Position numbers and translations under genes: made by a program. Positions 10,182-19,005 of a DNA stretch of 64,000 nucleotides are shown here, piece after piece. Source of the DNA: Gemmatimonas sp. (GTDB lineage Bacteria; Gemmatimonadota; Gemmatimonadetes; Gemmatimonadales; Gemmatimonadaceae); assembly GCA_031414535.1 (NCBI GenBank), contig JANNVQ010000029.1:128001-192000 (forward strand), in the 5' to 3' direction. Position 1 is the first letter of the stretch. Every line of letters starts with the position of its first letter. Below the pieces are notes generated by a model. It saw only the letters and a program-made list of their open reading frames with translations, had not been told where the DNA came from and searched no databases.

Positions 10182-12659
10182 GTGACCGACCTCCGCATCC
10201 AACTGCAGTCCACGCTCGGCGACGGCTACACCCTCGAACGAGAGCTCGGCGGCGGCGGCATGTCACGCGTGTTCGTGGCTCGCGACAATGCGCTCGGGCG
10301 CGAGGTTGTGGTGAAGGTGCTTGCCCCCGAGCTTTCGGCCGAAGTGAGCCTTGAGCGCTTCGCTCGCGAAATCGCGACGGCGGCACGCTTGCAGCAAGCG
10401 AACATCGTGCCCGTGCTCGCCTCGGGTGCCTCGGCTGGCCTCCCCTACTACACCATGCCCTTTGTGAAGGGCGAGTCGCTGCGTGCGCTGCTCGCGCGCG
10501 GCACTGTGTTATCGCTACACGATCGTCTCAATGTGCTGCGTGATGTGGCGCGGGCACTCGGCTACGCGCACGGCGAAGGCGTGGTGCACCGCGACATCAA
10601 GCCAGACAACATTCTGCTTTCGGCGGGCACCGCCGTGGTGACCGACTTTGGTATCGCGAAGGCCATCAGCGCGGCGCGCACGCACGATGGCTCGTCAGCG
10701 GCCAACGACGGGACGCTCACGCAGGCCGGGAGTAGCATCGGGACGCCAGCGTATATGGCGCCTGAGCAGGCGGTGGGCGAGGCCGTGGACCATCGCGCCG
10801 ACATTTACGCTTGGGGGGTGGTGGCGTACGAACTGCTGAGCGGCGCGCATCCCTTTGCGGGGAAGAGTGGTGCTTCGCAGTTGATTGCGGCGCATCTGGC
10901 GGAGATGCCAGTGTCGCTTGAGCTGCGCGCGCCTGAGCTGCCGCGTGAGGTGGCCACGTTGGTGATGCAGTGTTTGGCGAAGAAGCCGAGTGAGCGGCCG
11001 GCCGCGGCCAACATTTTGCTCGAGCGCCTTGCCGCCGTTACGACGCCGAGCGCTGGGCGGCCCGCTGAGCGTTCCGGTGCTTCCGCCAGCGCATCGAGTC
11101 AGCGTAGCATAGGCATCGGGGCGCTGATTCTGATTGCTGCTGCCGTAGCGTTCTGGTTCGTGAAGGGGCGCGATGCAAACGGAGATGCGAGTGCCAGTGC
11201 GACTGCAACCGCCCAGTCGGAAACACTCTCGTCGCTGGCCGTGCTGCCCTTCGTAAACACCAGCGGCGACGCGCAGGATGAGTACTTCAGCGACGGCCTC
11301 ACCGACGAACTCTCGCACGCTTTGTCAAAGCTCCCGGGCCTGCGCCTGGCCGGGCGCTCGTCGAGTTTCTCGTTCAAGGGCAAGACCATTCCCGCCTCTG
11401 AAGTAGGCGAGGCTCTCGGCGTAGGCGCCATCGTTGAAGGCACCGTGCGTCGCGCTGGCGATCGCATTCGTTTGACCGCGCAGCTCACGAGCACGCGCGA
11501 TGGGCAGGTGCTGTGGAGTGATGCCTTCGAGCGCACGGGCGCGGATGTGTTCGCGGTGCAGGATGCGTTCACGAGCGCCATCGTGGCCGCACTCACTCCG
11601 CGCCTCGCTCAGGCCGCGGGCGCGCGCACGACTTCAACGGATCCGTCGAATGTCACCGCGCGCGGGACCACTGATGCGTTGGCGTACGATCTGTATCTGA
11701 AGGGGCGATACTACTGGGCGCAGCGCGGCGCAGGCCCGCTCGATAGCGCGGTGAAGTATCTCGAGGCGGCCGTAGAGCGTGACGCTACGTTCGCACGCGG
11801 CTGGTCAGCGCTCGCGCTGGCTTACGTGATTCGTCCTAACTTCAATACCGACGTCGATTTCGCTCTCTCTGACGCGAAGGTGGACGTCGCGGCGCGGCGG
11901 GCGCTCGCCATTGATTCCACCAGTGCGGATGCTCACGCCGCTCTCGGCTTTCGCGCCATTCGCCGATTCGACTTTGCGCTGGCTGCGGCCTCGCTGGAGG
12001 CCGCGCGCCGGCTCGAGCCGGGCAGCGCCATCGCCGCACACTGGTCGGCCATCTACTATCACGCCGTGGGCGATACGATTCACGCAGAGGAGCAGATGGA
12101 GCGTGCCGTCACACTTGATCCGCTCTCGGCCACCACGCTCAACACGCGCGCCCGCATGCTCACCGAGCGGCGGCAGCTCGCGCGGGCCCGCGAAACGGAC
12201 GCTCAAGCGGCGTCTCTCAGCGCATCATTCACGAACTACCGCGTGTCATCGCTGATCTGGTCGGGATTGGCGGATAGCGCGTTTCGCTCGACGCGGCGCA
12301 TCCCCGCGTCTGATCGGTCCCGAAGCCGATTCGGCAACGCCATCATGGCCGCGGCGGCTGCTGGTCAATGGGACGTCGCGCGCGCGCTGCAACGGGAGAT
12401 TAGCGCGGGAGGTGATGGAGTGCGATCGATTGATCGTGCGGCCGCGGCGCTCGTGTTTGGTGATCGCGCGGCGGCTGCCGCCTTGTTCATTGACAACCTC
12501 GAGAACGACGGCGGGCTCGCGAACATGGCGTTCTCCGTCTGCTATCTGCCGTACGACGCCATTCGCGCCGAGCCGGCGTGGAAGGCGTTTCTTGCAAAGC
12601 ACCAGATGAAGGAGTGCCCGTACACTTCGCCCTGGCCGATTGGAGTGGCGCCCCGGTGA
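10182..12659 (+). CDS. Ser/Thr kinase 1: kinase-TM-TolB_N-like-TPR
   Basis: GGGGMSRV, VVKVL, HRDIKPDN, DFG, GTPAYMAPEQ; TM IGIGALILIAAAVAFWFV; SLAVLPF...DEYFSDGLTDEL; TPR-like helices. GTG 10182 chosen by alignment with paralogs. Confidence 0.92.
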   Translation: MTDLRIQLQSTLGDGYTLERELGGGGMSRVFVARDNALGREVVVKVLAPELSAEVSLERFAREIATAARLQQANIVPVLASGASAGLPYYTMPFVKGESLRALLARGTVLSLHDRLNVLRDVARALGYAHGEGVVHRDIKPDNILLSAGTAVVTDFGIAKAISAARTHDGSSAANDGTLTQAGSSIGTPAYMAPEQAVGEAVDHRADIYAWGVVAYELLSGAHPFAGKSGASQLIAAHLAEMPVSLELRAPELPREVATLVMQCLAKKPSERPAAANILLERLAAVTTPSAGRPAERSGASASASSQRSIGIGALILIAAAVAFWFVKGRDANGDASASATATAQSETLSSLAVLPFVNTSGDAQDEYFSDGLTDELSHALSKLPGLRLAGRSSSFSFKGKTIPASEVGEALGVGAIVEGTVRRAGDRIRLTAQLTSTRDGQVLWSDAFERTGADVFAVQDAFTSAIVAALTPRLAQAAGARTTSTDPSNVTARGTTDALAYDLYLKGRYYWAQRGAGPLDSAVKYLEAAVERDATFARGWSALALAYVIRPNFNTDVDFALSDAKVDVAARRALAIDSTSADAHAALGFRAIRRFDFALAAASLEAARRLEPGSAIAAHWSAIYYHAVGDTIHAEEQMERAVTLDPLSATTLNTRARMLTERRQLARARETDAQAASLSASFTNYRVSSLIWSGLADSAFRSTRRIPASDRSRSRFGNAIMAAAAAGQWDVARALQREISAGGDGVRSIDRAAAALVFGDRAAAAALFIDNLENDGGLANMAFSVCYLPYDAIRAEPAWKAFLAKHQMKECPYTSPWPIGVAPR

Positions 12660-14890
12660 CACACGTCATGCAGCGTTTCACAGGCGCTCTTGGCAACCGC
12701 TACCGCATCGTGCGCGAGCTGGGCCAAGGCGGCATGGCCACCGTCTACCTCGCGCGCGACGTAAAGCACGAGCGCGACGTCGCCATCAAGGTGCTTCGCG
12801 ATGATGTCGCGGCCTCCGTAGGCCGCGACCGCTTCCTGCGCGAGATTCAACTCGCCGCCAAGCTGACTCACCCGCACATCCTGCCCCTGTACGACTCGGG
12901 CGACGCCGACGGCGCGTTGTTTTACGTGATGCCCGTGGTGCAGGGCTCCTCGCTGCGCGAGCGACTGATCGCCGAGCCGCAACTGCCTTTGGCGGAGGCC
13001 GTGCGCATTGCCAGCGAAGTGGCCGGCGCGCTCGACCACGCGCACCGACTCGGCATTATTCATCGCGACATCAAGCCCGAGAACATCCTGCTGCAGAACG
13101 GGCACGTCCTCGTGGCCGACTTCGGCATCGGCAAGGCACTAAGCGACGCGCCCGGCAACACGCTCACGCAGGTGGGAATGAGCGTGGGCACGCCGGCCTA
13201 CATGAGTCCCGAGCAGGCAGTCGGTGAGGAAGTGGATGGCCGCAGTGATCTCTACAGCTTGGGCTGCGTGTTGTACGAGATGATCGTCGGCGAACAACCG
13301 TTCACTGGGCCCACGGTACAAGCGGTGATTGCGAAGCGGTTTGTGCAAACGCCAGTCGAGGTGGCGGCGCTGCGCGAAGGGGTTCCAGGACCGGTCTCAC
13401 GCACGGTGCAGCGGGCGCTCGCGCGGGTGGCGGTGGACCGACACGAGAGCGCAGCACTCTTCATCACGGCGCTGAACGAGCGCGAGGACAGTACGGCAAC
13501 GCTCGCCACACCGGCGCAATCGCTCGCGATTCTGCCGTTCGAGAACCTGAGCGCGGATCCGGACAATCAGTACTTCGCCGACGGAATCGCCGACGACATT
13601 CTCGATGCGCTGGTGCAGATTGACGGATTGCACGTGGCCGCTCGCGCCTCGGCCTTTTCGTTTCGCGGCAAACAGGACGCGCTGGCGGAGATTGGGCGCG
13701 CGTTAAACGTGGCCACGGTGCTGCAGGGAAGCCTGCGTCGCTCAGGCAATCGCATGCGTCTCGCCGTGCAGTTGATCTCCGTGCGCGATGGCTATCATCT
13801 CTGGTCGGAACGCTTCGATCGTGAACTGGTGGATGTGTTCGCGGTGCAGGACGAGATCGCCGCGGCGATCGCCGAGAAATTGCGCGTCACGTTTGTGGCG
13901 CCGGCGCAACCGGTCGGCAAGGCGACCACCGCTGAGATTGAAGCGTTTGAACTGGTGGCCAAGGGGCGTGCGCTGCTGGCGTTGCGCGGCGCGAGCATGC
14001 TGGAGGCGCGGACCTGTCTTGAGCGCGCCATCGAACTGGACCCGCAGAACGCGGACGCCTTCGCCGCGCTGGGCGAGACACTGCGCAGCTTCGTGACCTA
14101 CGGAGTGATGCCCGTGGCCGAGGGGCGCCCGCTCGCGAAGGCGGCACTCACGCGAGCGCTGGAGCTCGCGCCTGACAGTGCCAGCACGATGGGCGCGTTG
14201 GGGAATGTCAGTTTCTCTCTCGACCACGATACGGACGCCGCGTTCGTCTGGTGGGAGCGGGCGCTGGCGCTCCAGCCGCGGCTCTCGGAGGTCCGCGTCC
14301 TCTATGCGATGAACGGCCTGATCCTGATACGTCACGACGACACCCGTGGCATCGCGGAGCTGGCGCGCGCCGTGCACGATGATCCGCGCAGCGTCTTCTG
14401 TGCGTGCCTCCACGCCAACGGGCTCATCGCGACCGGTCGACCTGCCGATGCGATTGCGGAGATTGAGCGCGCCGTTGCACTGGCGCCCACTGCCTTTCTG
14501 CCGCTCTATCTTCGCGTCTTTATCCGGGCGTGGGCCGGCGACGTTGACGGTGCCCTGGCGGCGGTGAAGCGGGCATCCGCGGTCGTCGGCCGCAGCGCGT
14601 ATGTGTTGGCTGGCGCGCCGAGCGCGTATGTGCAGCGCGGCGAGCGGGCGCTAGCCGAGGCGGTCTACGTCGAACTGCAGGCGCGCGCCCAGACCGAAGA
14701 AGTGTCGCGGTTCATCCTCTCGTTCGCGGCAGACGCACTCGGTCGCACCGACGAGGCGATTGCGTATGCCATCGAGTCGGTGGAGCGATGTGACAACCAG
14801 GGGCCGTATTGGACACGCGACGCCTTCTTCAGTGATGCACTGCGCGCGCACCCGCGGTATCCGGAACTGCTGAAGGCGATTGGCTTGTGA
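12656..14890 (+). CDS. Ser/Thr kinase 2: soluble kinase-TolB_N-like-TPR (no TM)
   Basis: GTGA overlap with the previous stop; HRDIKPEN, DFG, SPEQ; SLAILPFENLSADPDNQYFADG follows the kinase directly; TPR repeats. Confidence 0.92.
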   Translation: MTHVMQRFTGALGNRYRIVRELGQGGMATVYLARDVKHERDVAIKVLRDDVAASVGRDRFLREIQLAAKLTHPHILPLYDSGDADGALFYVMPVVQGSSLRERLIAEPQLPLAEAVRIASEVAGALDHAHRLGIIHRDIKPENILLQNGHVLVADFGIGKALSDAPGNTLTQVGMSVGTPAYMSPEQAVGEEVDGRSDLYSLGCVLYEMIVGEQPFTGPTVQAVIAKRFVQTPVEVAALREGVPGPVSRTVQRALARVAVDRHESAALFITALNEREDSTATLATPAQSLAILPFENLSADPDNQYFADGIADDILDALVQIDGLHVAARASAFSFRGKQDALAEIGRALNVATVLQGSLRRSGNRMRLAVQLISVRDGYHLWSERFDRELVDVFAVQDEIAAAIAEKLRVTFVAPAQPVGKATTAEIEAFELVAKGRALLALRGASMLEARTCLERAIELDPQNADAFAALGETLRSFVTYGVMPVAEGRPLAKAALTRALELAPDSASTMGALGNVSFSLDHDTDAAFVWWERALALQPRLSEVRVLYAMNGLILIRHDDTRGIAELARAVHDDPRSVFCACLHANGLIATGRPADAIAEIERAVALAPTAFLPLYLRVFIRAWAGDVDGALAAVKRASAVVGRSAYVLAGAPSAYVQRGERALAEAVYVELQARAQTEEVSRFILSFAADALGRTDEAIAYAIESVERCDNQGPYWTRDAFFSDALRAHPRYPELLKAIGL

Positions 14891-14912
14891 ACGACCACAC
14901 GAAATCCATCGT

Positions 14913-17570
14913 ATGAATGCAACGCAGGAACGTCTCGCGGCGGCCCTTGCCGACCGCTACCGCATCGAGCGTGAGCTCGGCGCCGGCGGGATGGCCACCG
15001 TCTACTTGGCGCACGACCTTAAGCACGATCGCGATGTAGCCATCAAGGTGTTGCACCCGGATCTCGGCGCCGCGCTCGGCGGTGAGCGCTTCTTAGCCGA
15101 GATCCGCACGACGGCGCGCTTGCAGCATCCGCATATCCTCCCGCTGCTCGACAGCGGTGAGGCGGATGCGCTGCTCTACTACGTGATGCCGCTCGTGACC
15201 GGCGAGACGCTGCGCGCGCGGCTCGAGCGCGAGAAGCAACTGCCGATCGCCGAAGCCGTGCGCATCGCGCGCGAAGTGGCGAGCGCGCTCGACTACGCGC
15301 ATCGGCAGCACGTGATTCACCGCGACATCAAGCCGGAGAACATCCTCCTGCATGATGGTAGCGCACTCGTCGCCGACTTTGGCATCGCCCTCGCGGTGCA
15401 GAGTGCGGGCGGCGCGCGCATGACGCAAACGGGACTCTCGCTTGGCACGCCGCAGTACATGAGCCCAGAGCAGGCGATGGGCGAGCGCGCCATTGATGCG
15501 CGCAGCGACATCTATGCGCTCGGTGCCGTGACCTACGAGATGCTCGCCGGGGATGCGCCATTCACCGGCAGCAGCGTGCAGGCCATCGTGGCCAAGGTGC
15601 TCAACAGCGAGCCCGAACGACTGTCGATGCTGCGGAAGACCATTCCGCCGCACGTCGAAGCGGCGGTGCTCACCGCGCTGGCCAAGTTGCCGGCCGATCG
15701 GTTTGCGAGTGCGGCCGAGTTTGCCGCGGCGCTGGCGACGGCGAATGGGTCGCCGGTCAGCGGTGCCACGACAGCGCCGGCACCGGGCCGCGCGCGGCGT
15801 ACGACGGCCGCGATACTGCTGAGCGCGGCCATGCTCATCGCCATCACCGCCGCTGCGACGTGGATGCTGGCGAGGCCGAGTGGAAACGGTGCAGCGCCCT
15901 CCGAAGTGGTGACGCGATTCACCATCGAAGGCACGAGCAACGTGACGTTGCAGAACCGCCTATTTGCGCTCTCCCCCGATGGCCGCACCTTGGTGATGTG
16001 GCAGTTCACCGCCAACCTCAGAAACCGACTGTTCCTGCGCCAGCTCGACCAGCTGGACATGACGCCTCTTGCCGGGGGCAGCAACGGAGCCGATCCGACG
16101 TTCTCGCCCGACGGTCGCTGGATCGCCTTTGTGGGGGAACGCCAGCTCTTCAAGGTGGCCGTGTCCGGCGGCGATCCGATTCGCGTTGCCACGCTGCCGC
16201 TGCAGCCCCAGGGCATCACGTGGACGACTGGTGGCGACATCGTGTACGCCGTGCAGTCCGACTCGCTGTTCGCGGTGAAGGAAACGGGCGGGGTACCCCG
16301 CGCGATTGCCGCGGCGCCGGCGGGCGCCGTGGCGCGTTGGCCCATTGCGCTGGCACAGTCGAACGTGGTGCTTTTCACGGCTAACTCCCGTACGGGCGAC
16401 TCTGTGCGTGTGCTCGCGCTTTCTCTCGCGGACGGAACAGTCAGCGACGTGGGAACCGATGCCTATATGGTGGTGGGAGTTGCCCGCGGCCATCTGGTGT
16501 ATCTGAGTCGCACCGGTGAGATCTTTGCCGCGCCATTCAACGTGCGTACGAACACCGTCACGGGCCGCGGCGAACTGATGGGCGGCGGCGTGAAGATGAC
16601 CCCCAGTGGCACGGGACTGGGCTACGCGGTGATGTCAGCGTCGGGTGACTTGGTGTACATCAATGAGAAATCCGCTGGGCTGCTGACGTATCGCGATCCG
16701 CAGGGCCGACTCGCACCGGCACTGCCGGACACGCTGGCCTTTGAGCACCCGCGCTTCTCACCCGACGCTCGTCGCCTCGTGGTGACGGTGAGCGATAGTG
16801 CCACGCGACGTGGCACGCTCAGCCTGCTCGACCGTTCCAACGGATTCTTCACGCCACTTGCCGGACAGGACCGACAGGCTGGACGTGATCGCGCCGAGTG
16901 GACACCCGATGGTCGGAGCATACTCTTCCGCTCGCTCACCGACTCGTTGCGGAGCGCGATGCTGCGCTCGGCCGATGGCAGTGGTACCGATACGCTACTC
17001 TTGCGGGCGAGAAGCGTCGTGTACGAAGTGGTGATGGCACCCGATGGCCAGACGATTCTTGGCCGTGTCCAGAACGACGCGGCCGATCGCGCCCAGGGTG
17101 TGTTCTGGTGGACACGCGGTGACAGCACGCTGCGCTCGTTGCCGCACGTGACGACGGATGGTGGCACGATGACCGGTGCCCGTCTCTCGCCCGATGGAAA
17201 ATGGATCGCGATGAGCGCGGACGCCGAAAGACACGTGTACGTCGCGCCCTTCCCGGGCCCCGGCCCCCAGGTGCGTATCGACCGCGCCGGTGGTGGCCCG
17301 CCGGTGTGGGCGCGCGACGGTCGCAGCCTCTACTACGTCACGCCGAGCGGCCTGGTGGCCACGACCCTCGATCTCTCGGCGGGGGTTAAGGTGGGCAGCA
17401 CGCTAACACTACTCGGCCCCGAGTTCGTGTCCAACGATGTCACGCATGCACCCTTCGACGTGGGGCCCGATGGCACGATCGTGTTCGTGCGGCAGACGCG
17501 ATTCCCGAGGCTGGTGGTGGTGCGCAACTTCGCGGCGGAGATTGGGCGCGCTCAGGCGGCGGGGAAGTAG
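14913..17570 (+). CDS. Ser/Thr kinase 3: kinase(class A)-TM-PD40/TolB beta-propeller
   Basis: Full Hanks motifs; TM AAILLSAAMLIAITAAATWML; many SPDG repeats; C-terminal LVVVRNFAAEI. Confidence 0.93.
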   Translation: MNATQERLAAALADRYRIERELGAGGMATVYLAHDLKHDRDVAIKVLHPDLGAALGGERFLAEIRTTARLQHPHILPLLDSGEADALLYYVMPLVTGETLRARLEREKQLPIAEAVRIAREVASALDYAHRQHVIHRDIKPENILLHDGSALVADFGIALAVQSAGGARMTQTGLSLGTPQYMSPEQAMGERAIDARSDIYALGAVTYEMLAGDAPFTGSSVQAIVAKVLNSEPERLSMLRKTIPPHVEAAVLTALAKLPADRFASAAEFAAALATANGSPVSGATTAPAPGRARRTTAAILLSAAMLIAITAAATWMLARPSGNGAAPSEVVTRFTIEGTSNVTLQNRLFALSPDGRTLVMWQFTANLRNRLFLRQLDQLDMTPLAGGSNGADPTFSPDGRWIAFVGERQLFKVAVSGGDPIRVATLPLQPQGITWTTGGDIVYAVQSDSLFAVKETGGVPRAIAAAPAGAVARWPIALAQSNVVLFTANSRTGDSVRVLALSLADGTVSDVGTDAYMVVGVARGHLVYLSRTGEIFAAPFNVRTNTVTGRGELMGGGVKMTPSGTGLGYAVMSASGDLVYINEKSAGLLTYRDPQGRLAPALPDTLAFEHPRFSPDARRLVVTVSDSATRRGTLSLLDRSNGFFTPLAGQDRQAGRDRAEWTPDGRSILFRSLTDSLRSAMLRSADGSGTDTLLLRARSVVYEVVMAPDGQTILGRVQNDAADRAQGVFWWTRGDSTLRSLPHVTTDGGTMTGARLSPDGKWIAMSADAERHVYVAPFPGPGPQVRIDRAGGGPPVWARDGRSLYYVTPSGLVATTLDLSAGVKVGSTLTLLGPEFVSNDVTHAPFDVGPDGTIVFVRQTRFPRLVVVRNFAAEIGRAQAAGK

Positions 17571-17596
17571 GGGATGCGCCGTCACGAACATCGCGC

Positions 17597-18007
17597 CTAC
17601 GGCACCAACGACACCAAGCGGTTCTGTGCCGTGCGCACCGCGCCGAAATGACGCCGGTCGGTGGTGAGGATCTCGCGCGCATCGAGTCGTTCGGCAACGG
17701 CAATCACCGTCGCATCAACGAAGCCCAAGGGGAAGTTGAGATACGTACGCATCAGCTCCGAAGCACGAATCACGTCGTCCGACTCCACCGGCTCGATGAT
17801 CAACTCGCCGTCCGCCACCGATTGCACGAAGGCCTGCTCCGCCTGCGCACTGATGCGCGTTTGCAGCAAGTAGCACACTTCTGGTAGCACGGTGACCGGC
17901 ACGCGCACCTGACGCGCCTGCGCGGTCCACCACGCGGTGACTCGCTCGTGCCACGCGTCACTACGATCGATCAACGCATACAGGGGACCGGTGTCGGCGA
18001 TGACCAT
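17597..18007 (-). CDS. vapC: PIN-domain toxin (VapC family)
   Basis: IADTGPLYALIDRSDAWH, VLPEVCYLL, LGFVDATVIAVAERL, ILTTDRRHF; its ATG overlaps the antitoxin stop (TGATG). Confidence 0.93.
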   Translation of the reverse strand: MVIADTGPLYALIDRSDAWHERVTAWWTAQARQVRVPVTVLPEVCYLLQTRISAQAEQAFVQSVADGELIIEPVESDDVIRASELMRTYLNFPLGFVDATVIAVAERLDAREILTTDRRHFGAVRTAQNRLVSLVP

Positions 18008-18237
18008 CAGCCGTGCGGATCTTTCCAGAGCAGGGTGTCCACCTGCTCTGATGTATTGCTCACGCCACTCGCAAACTGCCCGGCGATGGAGGGCAACGGC
18101 GACGGCGCGCCCGGAGCGGCGAGATACATCGCCACGGCCTCGCGAACCAGAGACGCCGTACTCACGCCCGTGCGCTGCGCGACTCGATGCAACTGGAGCA
18201 TCATTTGGTCATCGAAGAACACCGTGGTGCGTTTCAT
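18007..18237 (-). CDS. vapB: RHH/CopG-family antitoxin (VapB)
   Basis: MKRTTVFFDD...LHRVAQRTGVSTASLVREAVAMYL; directly upstream of the PIN gene. Alternative start at 18255. Confidence 0.88.
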   Translation of the reverse strand: MKRTTVFFDDQMMLQLHRVAQRTGVSTASLVREAVAMYLAAPGAPSPLPSIAGQFASGVSNTSEQVDTLLWKDPHG

Positions 18238-18239
18238 GA

Positions 18240-18267
18240 CATATATATGGCGCATATGCGCATCATA
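18240..18267 (-). promoter_or_regulatory. vapBC promoter/operator: -10 TATGAT and two palindromes
   Basis: CATATATATG (18240-18249) and GCGCATATGCGC (18250-18261) are perfect palindromes; TATGAT on the minus strand at 18267-18262. Confidence 0.65.
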
Positions 18268-18309
18268 GTCAAGGCTGCGATGATGTGCGAATCTTACTCG
18301 CCATTTTAA

Positions 18310-18346
18310 GACTATAGTCATTGACTATAGTCATGAGTTATATACT
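18310..18346 (+). promoter_or_regulatory. phd-vapC promoter/operator: two GACTATAGTC palindromes and -10 TATACT
   Basis: GACTATAGTC at 18310-18319 and 18323-18332 (13-bp period); TATACT at 18341-18346, 6 nt before ATG 18353. Confidence 0.75.
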
Positions 18347-18352
18347 TATATA

Positions 18353-18610
18353 ATGCCCACCAAGCCCACTGAGACCATCGCCATCTCCGAGTTCAAGGCC
18401 ACCTGCCTGGCCGTCCTCGAACGCGTACGCCGCACCGGCGCGTCCATCGTTGTCACCAAGCGCGGCGAGCCGATTGCTGAGATCAACCCGCCTTCGCCGG
18501 CGAGCACCGGTGAGCAGTGGCTCGGGTCGATGAGCGGCACCGCCACGATGGCGGACGATCTGATTGCGCCCGCCAGTGCCTCCACCGACTGGGACGCGCT
18601 CGGCACGTGA
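18353..18610 (+). CDS. Phd/YefM family antitoxin
   Basis: IAISEFKATCLAVLERVRRTGASIVVTKRGEPIAEI; GTGA overlap with the PIN gene. Confidence 0.92.
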   Translation: MPTKPTETIAISEFKATCLAVLERVRRTGASIVVTKRGEPIAEINPPSPASTGEQWLGSMSGTATMADDLIAPASASTDWDALGT

Positions 18611-19005
18611 AGAAGCTCTTACTCGATACCCACATCTGGCTTTGGGCACTGCTAGATCCCGCCCGCCTCTCACCGGCGGTCCGAGCCGAACTTGCGTCCG
18701 CCGAGAACGAGATTTGGCTCTCACCAATCAGTGTGTGGGAAGCGATATTGCTCGCCGAGCGCGGGCGTGTGCGCGTTGACACGACGCCCGCGGAGTGGGT
18801 GGCGCGTATGGTGAGCGCACTCCCGCGACGCGAAGCGCCGCTGACGCACGACATCGCGGTCGCCAGTCGGCTGCTTACGCTCGTGCACGAGGATCCGGCG
18901 GATCGGTTCCTCGCGGCGACGGCGCAGGTGCTGGGTCTCACGCTGGTCACCGCCGACGCGCGGCTCATTGCATCCACGGAGTTTGCAGTAATGGCGAATC
19001 GATGA
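18607..19005 (+). CDS. vapC: PIN-domain toxin (VapC family)
   Basis: LLLDTHIWLW, LSPISVWE, HEDPADRFLAATA, LVTADARL; GTG start 18607; stop overlaps the ATG of kinase 4. Confidence 0.93.
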   Translation: MKKLLLDTHIWLWALLDPARLSPAVRAELASAENEIWLSPISVWEAILLAERGRVRVDTTPAEWVARMVSALPRREAPLTHDIAVASRLLTLVHEDPADRFLAATAQVLGLTLVTADARLIASTEFAVMANR

